DNA of 64,000 nt, taken from an uncultured Candidatus Saccharibacteria bacterium (GTDB taxonomy: Bacteria > Patescibacteriota > Saccharimonadia > Saccharimonadales > CAIOMD01). The translations under genes were made by a program, and so were the position numbers. Below the pieces are notes generated by a model, which worked only from the letters and a program-made list of their open reading frames with translations, searched no databases and was not told the DNA's origin. Each line of letters starts with the position of its first letter. Position 1 is the first letter of the stretch. Shown piece after piece: positions 20,079 through 28,999 of this stretch. The stretch spans positions 1,081 to 65,080 of the forward strand of contig CAIOMD010000013.1 in assembly GCA_903859365.1 (NCBI GenBank), read 5' to 3'.

Positions 20079-20115
20079 AAGTCTGTAGGTATTTACTACT
20101 TGAATAAAGTATAAC

Positions 20116-20463
20116 CTAGTTTGTAACAGTCGCTGTCGGTACAACTGTCGGCATGGCTGTTGCAACGCTACTGTTTTGAACTTTATCTAGCCCTTGCTGC
20201 CTTGAGGCCTGAACTTGAAGACTTGCGTACTGTTCTTTGAGTTGTTGCTGTTGAGTAGTTAGATTATTAATAGTATAGCCAAGTGTATTTGTTTTGGTGA
20301 CCTGCGTTAAATAAAGCAGCCCTAGTAAACAAATAATTAATAATACAACTATTAAATTAGAGACAGGGCCAAGACCTGTCTTCATCACTCCTACAGTAAC
20401 AACATTATGGTTGCGTTGATAGGCGCTCGTTTTATTTGTAGATATTTGTTTTCCGTATGTCAT
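20116..20463 (-). CDS. ftsL: FtsL-like cell division protein
   Basis: Single TM helix followed by GY and a coiled coil; lies between rsmH and ftsI. Confidence 0.7.
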   Translation of the reverse strand: MTYGKQISTNKTSAYQRNHNVVTVGVMKTGLGPVSNLIVVLLIICLLGLLYLTQVTKTNTLGYTINNLTTQQQQLKEQYASLQVQASRQQGLDKVQNSSVATAMPTVVPTATVTN

Positions 20464-20531
20464 ATTTTTCTCTTGAACCACTCACCTGTTTAGGGTGAGT
20501 GGTATTCGTTTGATTGCTTAAGGTGTTGCTG

Positions 20532-20591
20532 TTATAAAACAGAAACATGCACCTTATGAGCAACCGACCGACCAGTGATTTTGATTTTCAT
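20532..20591 (-). CDS. Putative 19-aa small ORF MKIKITGRSVAHKVHVSVL in the rsmH-ftsL spacer
   Basis: AAAGGA 6 nt upstream of ATG; TAA stop; overlaps predicted hairpins. Confidence 0.35.
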   Translation of the reverse strand: MKIKITGRSVAHKVHVSVL

Positions 20592-20612
20592 CGCTGGTCC
20601 TTTCTTTTATTT

Positions 20613-21470
20613 TTATTTTGCTGCGACTCGTAATTTTGCACTACGTGAACGCGGATTTAAAACTAATTCATTTTTGCTCGCAACTATGGCATGCTTGGAA
20701 ACTATTTTGAATTCTGCATCGTAACGATTACCGCCAAACTCATTAAAATAGTTTTTAACGATGCGATCTTCTAGGCTGTGAAAACTTATAATACCAAGTC
20801 TTCCTCCCGGATTGAGTAAACTAAACCAAATAGGGAGCGCCTGCTCAAGCTGCAGTAACTCGTTATTTACTGCTATCCTTAAACCTTGAAAAGTTTTAGT
20901 TGCAGGATGTTTTTTGAGCCATTTACCAGATGTACGAGCGATTATTGTTGCGAGTTCTTCTGTAGTCTTAAATGGCCTATTATCTACGATAATTTGCGCA
21001 ATCTTATTTGCATGCGGTTCCTCACCATACACTTTTAAAATATGCGCAATCTCTTCCTGGGTCCATTCGTTAACAATTGAAGCAGCTGTCAAAATTTGAC
21101 GCTGGTCCATACGCATATCCAATGGTCCTGGGTTTTGAAAGCTAAAACCACGACTCGCTATGTCAAGGTGCGGTGATGATACGCCTAAATCTGCTAGTAT
21201 AAGATCAAATTTTTTGCCTTTATCTTTAAGTTCTCGTGATGCTGTCAGAAAATCTGAATGCAATACTTCTACTTTTTTATTGAAAAGATTATTAAGATGA
21301 TCTACTGCCATTTGGTCTCTATCAACTAGTACACTTTCAGAAAAATTTTTAGTTACACTTAAAATTTCCCTACTGTGACCACCGTATCCGGCAGTTACAT
21401 CTAGGTATGTTTCCCCTTTTTGAGGGTTAAGGTATTTAATAACTTCTTCTAGTAATACTGGTTTATGCAT
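20613..21470 (-). CDS. rsmH: 16S rRNA m4C1402 methyltransferase
   Basis: HKPVLLEE, DVTAGYGGHS, DLGVSSPHLD, LDMRMD, SFHSLEDRIVK, NPRSRSAKLR. Confidence 0.97.
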   Translation of the reverse strand: MHKPVLLEEVIKYLNPQKGETYLDVTAGYGGHSREILSVTKNFSESVLVDRDQMAVDHLNNLFNKKVEVLHSDFLTASRELKDKGKKFDLILADLGVSSPHLDIASRGFSFQNPGPLDMRMDQRQILTAASIVNEWTQEEIAHILKVYGEEPHANKIAQIIVDNRPFKTTEELATIIARTSGKWLKKHPATKTFQGLRIAVNNELLQLEQALPIWFSLLNPGGRLGIISFHSLEDRIVKNYFNEFGGNRYDAEFKIVSKHAIVASKNELVLNPRSRSAKLRVAAK

Positions 21471-21498
21471 TTTGTTTTTATTTTTATTTTTGCAAGAT

Positions 21499-21747
21499 CA
21501 CCGATTCAGTAGTCAACTTTTTGTTTTTTTGTTGTTTTTGTTTTTGTTTGAAAATCAATCATTTAACTTGCGTTGCAAATTTAAAAAATTCGCCTAAAAG
21601 TTAAGGATCATTTTCTACTTAAGTTTTGAGAGACTTATGTGTGAGGTGGAGTTTTGGGAGGTGTTTTGTTGAGAAAGGTACAAGGGTTTTTAGCGTAGAC
21701 CCCTCTACCTACGTGTTGACTACCGAATCGCTAACCTCGAGTCGGTG
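21499..21747 (-). ncRNA. Candidate structured cis-element between mraZ and rsmH
   Basis: 16-bp long-range helix 21715-21730 / 21502-21517 with one G-U (minus strand), internal hairpin, C-rich and A/C-rich single-stranded tracts. Confidence 0.5.
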
Positions 21748-21776
21748 TTTAGTACTAAGTTGTTAAAGTAAGCAGA

Positions 21777-22136
21777 CTACTGTGCACTTATTCGCCAATA
21801 ACTTCCTGCTCTGACTGCAACGATATCTTTTTTAATACCTGCGTATTTCAGATGATGTAAATCAAGAGTGATTCTCCCTTGCTTTACATCTAATACGCTT
21901 GTTGCTTTTCCTGATCTAAACTTCACATTGAGGTCTGCGACCTTTTCATCAAGAATGCTTCCAGAAAGCTCGGGTTCAACTTTCTTTTCCCATACCTGTT
22001 GTGAGTATAGATGCAGATATTTGCCAAAGCCGCGAGTGACGACTACACCGCTTTTGAACTCGCCTCGAACTTCGACTGGCATTGTCAGTCTTCGCTTATC
22101 GTCAAGCTTGCGTTCGAAGTAGTCTACGGTGGCCAT
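21777..22136 (-). CDS. mraZ: Division/cell-wall cluster transcriptional repressor MraZ (short form)
   Basis: LDDKRRLTMP and DVKQGRITL AbrB-like repeats; first gene of the cluster, upstream of rsmH. Confidence 0.85.
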   Translation of the reverse strand: MATVDYFERKLDDKRRLTMPVEVRGEFKSGVVVTRGFGKYLHLYSQQVWEKKVEPELSGSILDEKVADLNVKFRSGKATSVLDVKQGRITLDLHHLKYAGIKKDIVAVRAGSYWRISAQ

Positions 22137-22175
22137 TATTAAAACTGCTTAGTGGTTTTTTGTTTCTTTGTGGTG

Positions 22176-22229
22176 TTACCCACTTTTACCCACTGAAGTA
22201 AGGATACTACCCATGATTACCCACTGCAA
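22176..22229 (-). promoter_or_regulatory. dcw promoter TTGCAG-17-TATCCT overlapped by four GTGGGTAA-like MraZ boxes
   Basis: Repeats at 22176-22183, 22186-22193, 22207-22214, 22217-22224 (10-nt period within pairs); MraZ is known to bind TGGG/GTGG direct repeats in its own promoter. Confidence 0.8.
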
Positions 22230-22265
22230 GCATTTTGTGCACATTACGCCCAAGAAGATACAGAG

Positions 22266-22335
22266 TTATCCACAGTTTGTTCGTTAATCATTCTTTAAAC
22301 GCTATTTGTAGGCTCTTTTTATGTACTTATCCACA
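22266..22335 (+). promoter_or_regulatory. Two DnaA boxes upstream of the mraZ promoter
   Basis: Perfect TTATCCACA at 22266-22274 and 22327-22335. Confidence 0.55.
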
Positions 22336-23336
22336 ATACTCTTGGAGGAGAGTATACTTATGACAACTTTGGAGATTTTCTTAGAATCGTGTCTAATTAA
22401 GGTGCGTTCAATTTTGTCATTTTTGTATTTTTTATGAATTTTAGTATCAAGAATATTCTCTCCGATAGCTTTATAAGTTTTTTTTGATAATTCTCTGTTA
22501 TTGTAAGTCACCGGATATTCTTTTTCTTTTGCATATTGGCTTAGCATTGATGTTGAAGGTTTTTTTGTATTATATATTACATAATCGATACTTTTCTTTC
22601 CGATGAACCGCTCTATTTCGCTAGCGTACTCCGCTACGTCCCATCCATCAGTTTGGCCCGGCTTAGTCACAAGATTCGTAATCTGTATTTTTAAAGCTTT
22701 GGTTTTTGATAGCGCCTCGGACACCCCATCCACAATTAAAGCTGGAATTATGGAGCCATAGAAATTGCCCGGAGCTATAATGATGGCATCAGCATCCAAA
22801 ATAGCTTTTTTAGCAGCTGGATTGATCCATGCGTGCGGGTGCAGCCGAAAATCTGGCTTACTTTTACCATTAAAAACACTGTTACCTATTTTATATTCAC
22901 CCTTAATTTCTTTATTATCGTCTAACATAAATAAATGTGTGTTATCAAGAGTTATGGGTATAACCCTCCCTGTAATATTGAGAATTTTGGATGCGAGCGC
23001 AATCGCTTCACCAAAATCATCAGTCATCTTTTCTACAGCAGTTAAAAACAAGTTTCCAAAACTATGCCCATCCATTGAACCTTCGCCAAAGCGAAAATTA
23101 AATAACGAACGAATTTGCTCACTAGAATTTGATAGCGCTACCAAGCACTGTCTTACATCACCTGGTGGCAAAACACCATATTGGTCCCTAAGCACACCAG
23201 TGGATCCACCGTCGTCAGCCATAGTTACTAGTGCAGTTATTTCATTAGTAAAGTTTTTAAGCTCACTAAGCAGTGTGTAAGATCCTGTTCCACCTCCAAT
23301 TACAACTATCTTTGGGTTTTTAAGATTTTTCTTCAT
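22302..23336 (-). CDS. YvcK/GlmR (UPF0052, CofD-like) protein
   Basis: KIVVIGGGTG, TMADDGGSTG, PPGDVR, GHSFGNL, APGNFYGSIIP; start taken at MKKNLK. Confidence 0.92.
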   Translation of the reverse strand: MKKNLKNPKIVVIGGGTGSYTLLSELKNFTNEITALVTMADDGGSTGVLRDQYGVLPPGDVRQCLVALSNSSEQIRSLFNFRFGEGSMDGHSFGNLFLTAVEKMTDDFGEAIALASKILNITGRVIPITLDNTHLFMLDDNKEIKGEYKIGNSVFNGKSKPDFRLHPHAWINPAAKKAILDADAIIIAPGNFYGSIIPALIVDGVSEALSKTKALKIQITNLVTKPGQTDGWDVAEYASEIERFIGKKSIDYVIYNTKKPSTSMLSQYAKEKEYPVTYNNRELSKKTYKAIGENILDTKIHKKYKNDKIERTLIRHDSKKISKVVISILSSKSIVDKYIKRAYK

Positions 23337-24585
23337 ATGTAGCTCTTGAATACTCTTTGAGTTCATCGGCCCACCATAAAGCACTTTTTCTGATTATTCG
23401 TGCCATATCCTGTTCTCTATTGACGCTCACTAGTCCAAATTTAGGCCACCAACCAAATGCCCACTCAAAATTATCCAAAAGACTCCAGTGAAGATAGCCC
23501 TGAACATCAATATTTTGAGATTGCGCTGTTTTGATGGCTTTCATGGTTTCGCTCAACCACCACTGCCTGTATGTATCATGCTCATCTGCTAGTCCATTTT
23601 CTGTGATAATTATTGGCTTATTGGGAAAGCGTGCTTTAATTGTTTCCAGCAAAGGTAAAATTCCTTGAGGATTTAAATACCAGCCGAGGTCACTCACGGG
23701 ACTACCAATGATTGTTTTTCTGAAACCTTTGTAATAATCAGTAAAATAATAATTAAAGCCAATGAAATCTTGGTAACTACTAATTCTATCTAACCACCAC
23801 CAATTCCAGCAATATCGAATAATTCGAACTGATATTTCGTCTATAAAATTATGTTGACGAGAGGGTTGCACATTAATAAGATGTTGGGCTACACCTATTT
23901 TCATCTCAGGGTATTTTTTCTTAATGATTCTCCAGGCTACTTTATGCGCTTTTGCAAGATTGGCGTACACCCTGATTGCTGTAAAAATATTTTTTTTCTG
24001 GGGTGGCCAGAGTCCTTGCTGGTAGCTAAATATGGAATAAACATTTGGTTCATTTAACGTAATTATATAGTCGATATTTTCAAAAAGTTCAGTCGTTATT
24101 CGTTCCACGAAGCGCTCGAAGTATTTCAAATTTTTTCTTTTTTTAAATCCCCCTTTTTGAGAAAACCAAATTGGTACTGTCCAGTGCCAGATATTTAAAA
24201 GTGGTTCGATGTTACGGCTTCGTAATTCATTAATATACTCTTTATAATGTTCAATTACTTGCTCGTCCCAGATGTCTTCTTGGGGCTGTATTCGGGACCA
24301 TTCAATTGTGAATCTAAACGCGTTAAGGTTTAATTTTTGAATAATATCGAAATCTTCCTTAAATCGATTGTAATGATCAACGCCTAACCCAGAAATATAA
24401 TTATCCGGTGATTCGGCTCTGGATTTAATTTCTTTCCAATTCTTGAGTTGCTCAAGATTAGTAGCTGCGTTTTTAGCCGAATTCACCGCAGATTTTTTTT
24501 CCCACTCAGTCCATTGATTAACATTATTGCCTTCTACTTGATGGCTTGCTATACTGGCACCCCAAAAAAATTTCTGTGACTTCAT
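23320..24585 (-). CDS. Glycoside hydrolase family 1 (beta-glucosidase-like)
   Basis: FFWGASIASHQVEG, acid/base TLNEP, nucleophile ITENG, WSLLDNFEW. Confidence 0.95.
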   Translation of the reverse strand: MKSQKFFWGASIASHQVEGNNVNQWTEWEKKSAVNSAKNAATNLEQLKNWKEIKSRAESPDNYISGLGVDHYNRFKEDFDIIQKLNLNAFRFTIEWSRIQPQEDIWDEQVIEHYKEYINELRSRNIEPLLNIWHWTVPIWFSQKGGFKKRKNLKYFERFVERITTELFENIDYIITLNEPNVYSIFSYQQGLWPPQKKNIFTAIRVYANLAKAHKVAWRIIKKKYPEMKIGVAQHLINVQPSRQHNFIDEISVRIIRYCWNWWWLDRISSYQDFIGFNYYFTDYYKGFRKTIIGSPVSDLGWYLNPQGILPLLETIKARFPNKPIIITENGLADEHDTYRQWWLSETMKAIKTAQSQNIDVQGYLHWSLLDNFEWAFGWWPKFGLVSVNREQDMARIIRKSALWWADELKEYSRATYEEKS

Positions 24586-24591
24586 TTATTA

Positions 24592-25875
24592 TTACAACCC
24601 ATTCAAAACAATTAAACTTTCTATGTGTGGTGTTCTGGGAAAAAAATTATAACCTTTGGCGAACTCTATATTAAATCCACCATCTACCAACAATTTTACA
24701 TCCCTAGCTTGTGTACTCGGATTACACGATAAATAAATAATTTTCCTTGGTTTAGAACTTATCAACTTCTCAATGACATTGCTATGCAAGCCAGCTCGTG
24801 GTGGGTCGACAATAACTGTACTATCTTTTTTTATATAATCTATTGCGTCTTCTGACCGAGCCTTTAAGACTTCAACATTCTTGAGTTTTGCACTATTTAT
24901 TTTAGCGATGCTTATGGACTCATCGTCACTATCAATTAATAGTAATTTTTTATGCGCAGCAACACTCAACCCAATACTTCCGACTCCTGAATAATAATCA
25001 ATTATATCTAGGTCTTCTTTATCAATGTTGCTTTTAATATCCAGAAGGGCTTGTTCATAGACAGGAACGTTAACTTGAAAAAAAGATCGAGTTGTATAAA
25101 GGTACGCGCTATCAACTAAATCATCTGATAACATATCCTCGCCGTAGCTACCCAGCACTTCCGTAGCGACGGAAGCGGGGCTTTTTGGATTGGAAAAGAT
25201 TACTTCTAAGCCTTGAACCTCGTTACTAAATTTTTCAAATTTATCAGAACAGCTAGGATCTTTCAGAAATAAACTAGCGAAAACTTCCTTATCTTGGGTT
25301 GAGCGAAAAATAACACTCTTGAGCATTCGAGCTTGAATTTGATTTTTATTTATAAAATTTATGAGTTTTTTTCCTGCATCGTTGATTTCAACAGAAGCAA
25401 TATCAGATTCTAGAAGAACAATTTTCTGATGAGTACCTCGCTGATGCAACGCAAGACTTACTTTTTGCGTTTCTTTGTCAAACCAAAAGTTATATTCCAT
25501 TTTATTTCTATAATGCGAGTCTTTGCTATTTTGGAAAAAATTGCTCCAATTAACCTCAAGTTTTGCACGATGAAATAAATCTTTTAAAATATCTTCCTTT
25601 AATTTTTCCTCGTAATCATAATCAACGATTTGCCAAGGGCTTGTTGACATAAAAGTAATAGGATCCTTCGGGATAATTCTTTTTGGATTAGCACTGATTA
25701 CTTTTACTACTACGCCCTCACACCAATCTTTTTTATTTTTCGTAATCTCAATTTCAACTTTTTCATTATCGAGTGCCCCCCAAATGAAACATTTTTTTCC
25801 ATCTTGAAGGGTTGCTAGAGCTTGCCCGCCGTAAACCATCTTTTCGGTGGTAACAATTATATTTTTATCCGCCAT
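24592..25875 (-). CDS. RNA m5U methyltransferase, RlmD/TrmA family (TRAM domain)
   Basis: YRNKME, SFFQVN, DYYSGVGSIG, VDPPRAG, YLSCNPST, FPRTPHIE. Confidence 0.93.
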   Translation of the reverse strand: MADKNIIVTTEKMVYGGQALATLQDGKKCFIWGALDNEKVEIEITKNKKDWCEGVVVKVISANPKRIIPKDPITFMSTSPWQIVDYDYEEKLKEDILKDLFHRAKLEVNWSNFFQNSKDSHYRNKMEYNFWFDKETQKVSLALHQRGTHQKIVLLESDIASVEINDAGKKLINFINKNQIQARMLKSVIFRSTQDKEVFASLFLKDPSCSDKFEKFSNEVQGLEVIFSNPKSPASVATEVLGSYGEDMLSDDLVDSAYLYTTRSFFQVNVPVYEQALLDIKSNIDKEDLDIIDYYSGVGSIGLSVAAHKKLLLIDSDDESISIAKINSAKLKNVEVLKARSEDAIDYIKKDSTVIVDPPRAGLHSNVIEKLISSKPRKIIYLSCNPSTQARDVKLLVDGGFNIEFAKGYNFFPRTPHIESLIVLNGL

Positions 25876-25877
25876 AT

Positions 25878-27167
25878 TTACAAATCTTTTACAGCTAGCC
25901 TTTTTTGCTTAGTCGTATCCCTGTCTCTGACAGTTACAGTCCCATCGGTTAGGGTATCGAAATCAATAACAACACACTTTGGTGTGCCAATTTCATCCTG
26001 TCTTCGATATCGTTTACCGATGTTGCCATTATCATCCCACATAACATTATGATATTTTTTTTGCAGAATTGTATAAATTTCTCTGGCTTTTTTTACAAGT
26101 TCGGGCTTGTTTTTTAAGAGTGGACTTACGCAAAATTTTACTGGTGCTAGTTCAGTTGGTAATTTTAAAAATATTCTTTTTTCTCCGTTAATCTCGTCTT
26201 CTGTATAGGCTTCAGCAAGTACTGCCATCATAACTCTTTCGACTCCAAAACTAGGCTCAATAACATGCGGAACGAATTTGTTATTACTTCCTTTTTGAAT
26301 ATATTCCATGGACTTACCAGTAGCCTTCTGAATATTCAAAAGATCAAAATCTGTTCTATAAGCAAGGCCCATCAACTCTTCTTTACCTATTGGAAAATCA
26401 TATTCAAAATCTATTGTTCTTTTGCTGTAATGCGCCCTATCGCTCTCAGGGACATCCAGCTCATGAATTCTTGCTTCATCAAGTCCAAGTGCTCTAAACC
26501 ATTCATATATATCAGCTCTCCATTTTTCGAAAGATTTTTCCCAGTCATCGGGATGAACAAAATATTCTATCTCCATTTGCTCAAGCTCTCTCACTCTGAA
26601 AATAAAATCTCTAGGGCTAATTTCATTCCTGAATGCCTTGCCAATTTGCGCAACTCCAAAAGGCATGTCAGGATAAATTGTATCGACTATATTCTTATAA
26701 TTGGTAAAAATACCCTGCGCAGTCTCAGGTCTTAAATAAGCTATAGAATCTTCACTATCAATTGGACCCACATTTGTTTTAAACATCATGTTAAACATTT
26801 TAGCTTTACCAAAGGTACCCAACTTGGAACAATTCGGGCATTTTGAAATATCTATTTTGTCTGCTCTAAATCGGGAATTACAGTTATTGCATTCAACAAG
26901 CGGATCAGTAAAAGTATCGACGTGCCCACTCGCCTTCCAAACCTTTGGATTCATTATAATAGCAGCATCTATACCAAAGACATCATCTCTGCCATCAACG
27001 AACATACGCCACCATAAATTAGTAATATTTCTTTTTAGAGATACCCCGAAAGGACCGAAATCATAAAACCCTGATATACCACCGTATACTTCACTGCCTT
27101 GATATATAAAACCTCTTCGCTTAGCGAGACTAACGATATCTTCAAGATTTGTTTTATTTTTTGTCAT
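25878..27167 (-). CDS. glyQS: Glycine--tRNA ligase, alpha2 (eukaryote/Thermus-like) type
   Basis: KRRGF, LRPETAQG, GKAFRNEISPR, EQMEIEYF, VIEPSFG, IGKRYRRQDEIGTP. Confidence 0.96.
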   Translation of the reverse strand: MTKNKTNLEDIVSLAKRRGFIYQGSEVYGGISGFYDFGPFGVSLKRNITNLWWRMFVDGRDDVFGIDAAIIMNPKVWKASGHVDTFTDPLVECNNCNSRFRADKIDISKCPNCSKLGTFGKAKMFNMMFKTNVGPIDSEDSIAYLRPETAQGIFTNYKNIVDTIYPDMPFGVAQIGKAFRNEISPRDFIFRVRELEQMEIEYFVHPDDWEKSFEKWRADIYEWFRALGLDEARIHELDVPESDRAHYSKRTIDFEYDFPIGKEELMGLAYRTDFDLLNIQKATGKSMEYIQKGSNNKFVPHVIEPSFGVERVMMAVLAEAYTEDEINGEKRIFLKLPTELAPVKFCVSPLLKNKPELVKKAREIYTILQKKYHNVMWDDNGNIGKRYRRQDEIGTPKCVVIDFDTLTDGTVTVRDRDTTKQKRLAVKDL

Positions 27168-27182
27168 TAATTTATTATATGT

Positions 27183-27869
27183 TTAAAACTGATATTCTAC
27201 AAAACTGTTTAGATATGGAGCGATTGTAGTCGCTAATTCGTCACCCCCTTTTACGAGCGCTAACCATTCCGGACCCTTTAGTAATGCCAAACGTAGGTAC
27301 TTAATGTGTGCTGATGCGAATTTTCCATCTGCTGCTAATCTGAAACCAGCCATCTCATATTCAAATGAATATCGGCCATTTTCTTCAAAACCTTTTTCGT
27401 CAATGGTTGCCTCTATGTTGATAGAATGTCCGGTAACATTACTGAGCTGTACTGCCCACCAGACCGATACGGCTGCATTTGATAATTTTGGATTATCAAG
27501 TGCCTCAAAAAGCTGCTTTAAGAGATGAAAATACTCCATACCAGTTTCAGTGGTCGTGTATTTATTAATAAGTTTGAGACAGTTATAGCCGAATTCAATT
27601 TTGGTTAAATCATTAAAAAAACTGTTGTATTGCTTGGTAAGCCTGGCTGCCGTGAGAGTGCCAAGATCACCCTTACCTTCAACAAACCCAATGTCACTCA
27701 CAGAAAATAGCTCTATGCCACCAGCAAGTTTACTTTTCTCTTTTCTTGTCCCTTTCGCTATTAGACTTACTTTTCCAAAATCTCTCGTAAGCACGGTTAA
27801 TATTCTGTCTGCTTCGGCATAATTAATTCGTGCCAAAATTACGCCTTGAGTATTTTTAGGAATTTTCAT
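27183..27869 (-). CDS. recO: DNA repair protein RecO
   Basis: GVILARINYAEADRILTVLTRDFGKV..AKG.RK.KSK OB-fold N-terminus. Confidence 0.9.
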   Translation of the reverse strand: MKIPKNTQGVILARINYAEADRILTVLTRDFGKVSLIAKGTRKEKSKLAGGIELFSVSDIGFVEGKGDLGTLTAARLTKQYNSFFNDLTKIEFGYNCLKLINKYTTTETGMEYFHLLKQLFEALDNPKLSNAAVSVWWAVQLSNVTGHSINIEATIDEKGFEENGRYSFEYEMAGFRLAADGKFASAHIKYLRLALLKGPEWLALVKGGDELATTIAPYLNSFVEYQF

Positions 27870-28236
27870 AATGAATTAAACTCACTGAATCAACGAGCCT
27901 ATCAAGGCTAGTTGTGGCTTTATATAAATATTTATCAATACCTAGTTGTTTCCATATTCTTGAATTTAAATTGAGAGATGTCTTAGGGACGCTACTGTGT
28001 ATGATTACTCTAATATTTGTCCAATCTTCATAACTTCTGAACTCATGGAGAAATTCAATACCACTATGACCAGAAAGCTGTAATTCTAATATAATCACTG
28101 AGGGCTTCAGCTCATCTATCATTGAAATAGCCTTTTGCGCAGTTTGGGCAATATAAGCATTTTTTCCAGTATTAAGCATGGCCTTTTGATATACCTTAGC
28201 TAAAATTCCATCAGGTTCAATTATTAAAACATTCAT
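27856..28236 (-). CDS. Single-domain atypical receiver (phospho-Asp replaced by Glu)
   Basis: Receiver fold VLIIEPD...PSVIILELQLSGHSGIEFL...IIHS...YLYK. Confidence 0.8.
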   Translation of the reverse strand: MNVLIIEPDGILAKVYQKAMLNTGKNAYIAQTAQKAISMIDELKPSVIILELQLSGHSGIEFLHEFRSYEDWTNIRVIIHSSVPKTSLNLNSRIWKQLGIDKYLYKATTSLDRLVDSVSLIHYENS

Positions 28237-28246
28237 GTTTTTACAA

Positions 28247-28939
28247 TTAAAGAAAAGTTAATTGTCCCGACAGTGGTAAATAAAATCCAATTCCCTTTTG
28301 TTTTTTGTGCGCAAAGTTTTTAAGTTCACTTCCTAGCGCTTCAACTAAATGATTTGAAATCAGAAGACCAATTGCTGAATTATACATATCCTTAGGTGCT
28401 GAAGCTCGAGCGGCTTCACTCAATTGTCCTATCTTTCTTATGGATTCCATTTGAATATAACTGTCAGTTGAATAAACGCCAATCCTTTGCACATTTGGTG
28501 CTGTTTGTTGAGCAGCAATAACAAGGCGAGTTCTTTTTGAGCTATCTTGTTGAGCAGCAATATGGCTTGATGCCAAACCGAACAACGCACCCCTGACTGC
28601 CGCTTCATTGGCATAAATTGGTTCTAGTTTCTTTGAAGTATCAAGTTCAATCTCAACGTTGTATGCTTGAGCTAATTTGTATAAATCATGAGCTACATCT
28701 TGCGCAAGTGCCGAAGCAGATACACTTGTAAGTGGTAGCTCTGATTGCAGTGTATTCATAGCAAATATTGCATGATCTATCATCATAAGTGCATTTTTTG
28801 TTAGTAAAACTGTGTTTTGTTGTGCTGAATTATCCAAAGGAACTGTTTCTGCAATTGCTTTGATTTGCAAAAAACGCATCTGTAAATCATACAGTAACAA
28901 TGAAATGTTGTTATCTTTTTCTAAATATATAGACGACAT
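28247..28939 (-). CDS. Degenerate histidine-kinase-like protein (HisKA/HATPase remnant)
   Basis: Layout matches the HK core (LYDLQMRF at the H-box position, PIYANEAAVRGAL at the N-box, SAIGLLISNHLVEALGSEL at G2) but catalytic residues are missing. Confidence 0.6.
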   Translation of the reverse strand: MSSIYLEKDNNISLLLYDLQMRFLQIKAIAETVPLDNSAQQNTVLLTKNALMMIDHAIFAMNTLQSELPLTSVSASALAQDVAHDLYKLAQAYNVEIELDTSKKLEPIYANEAAVRGALFGLASSHIAAQQDSSKRTRLVIAAQQTAPNVQRIGVYSTDSYIQMESIRKIGQLSEAARASAPKDMYNSAIGLLISNHLVEALGSELKNFAHKKQKGIGFYLPLSGQLTFL

Positions 28940-28999
28940 AAAATAATGTAGATTAATTAAACCTCAATAACCCCTATCTTTCTAGATTATAGCACGCGC

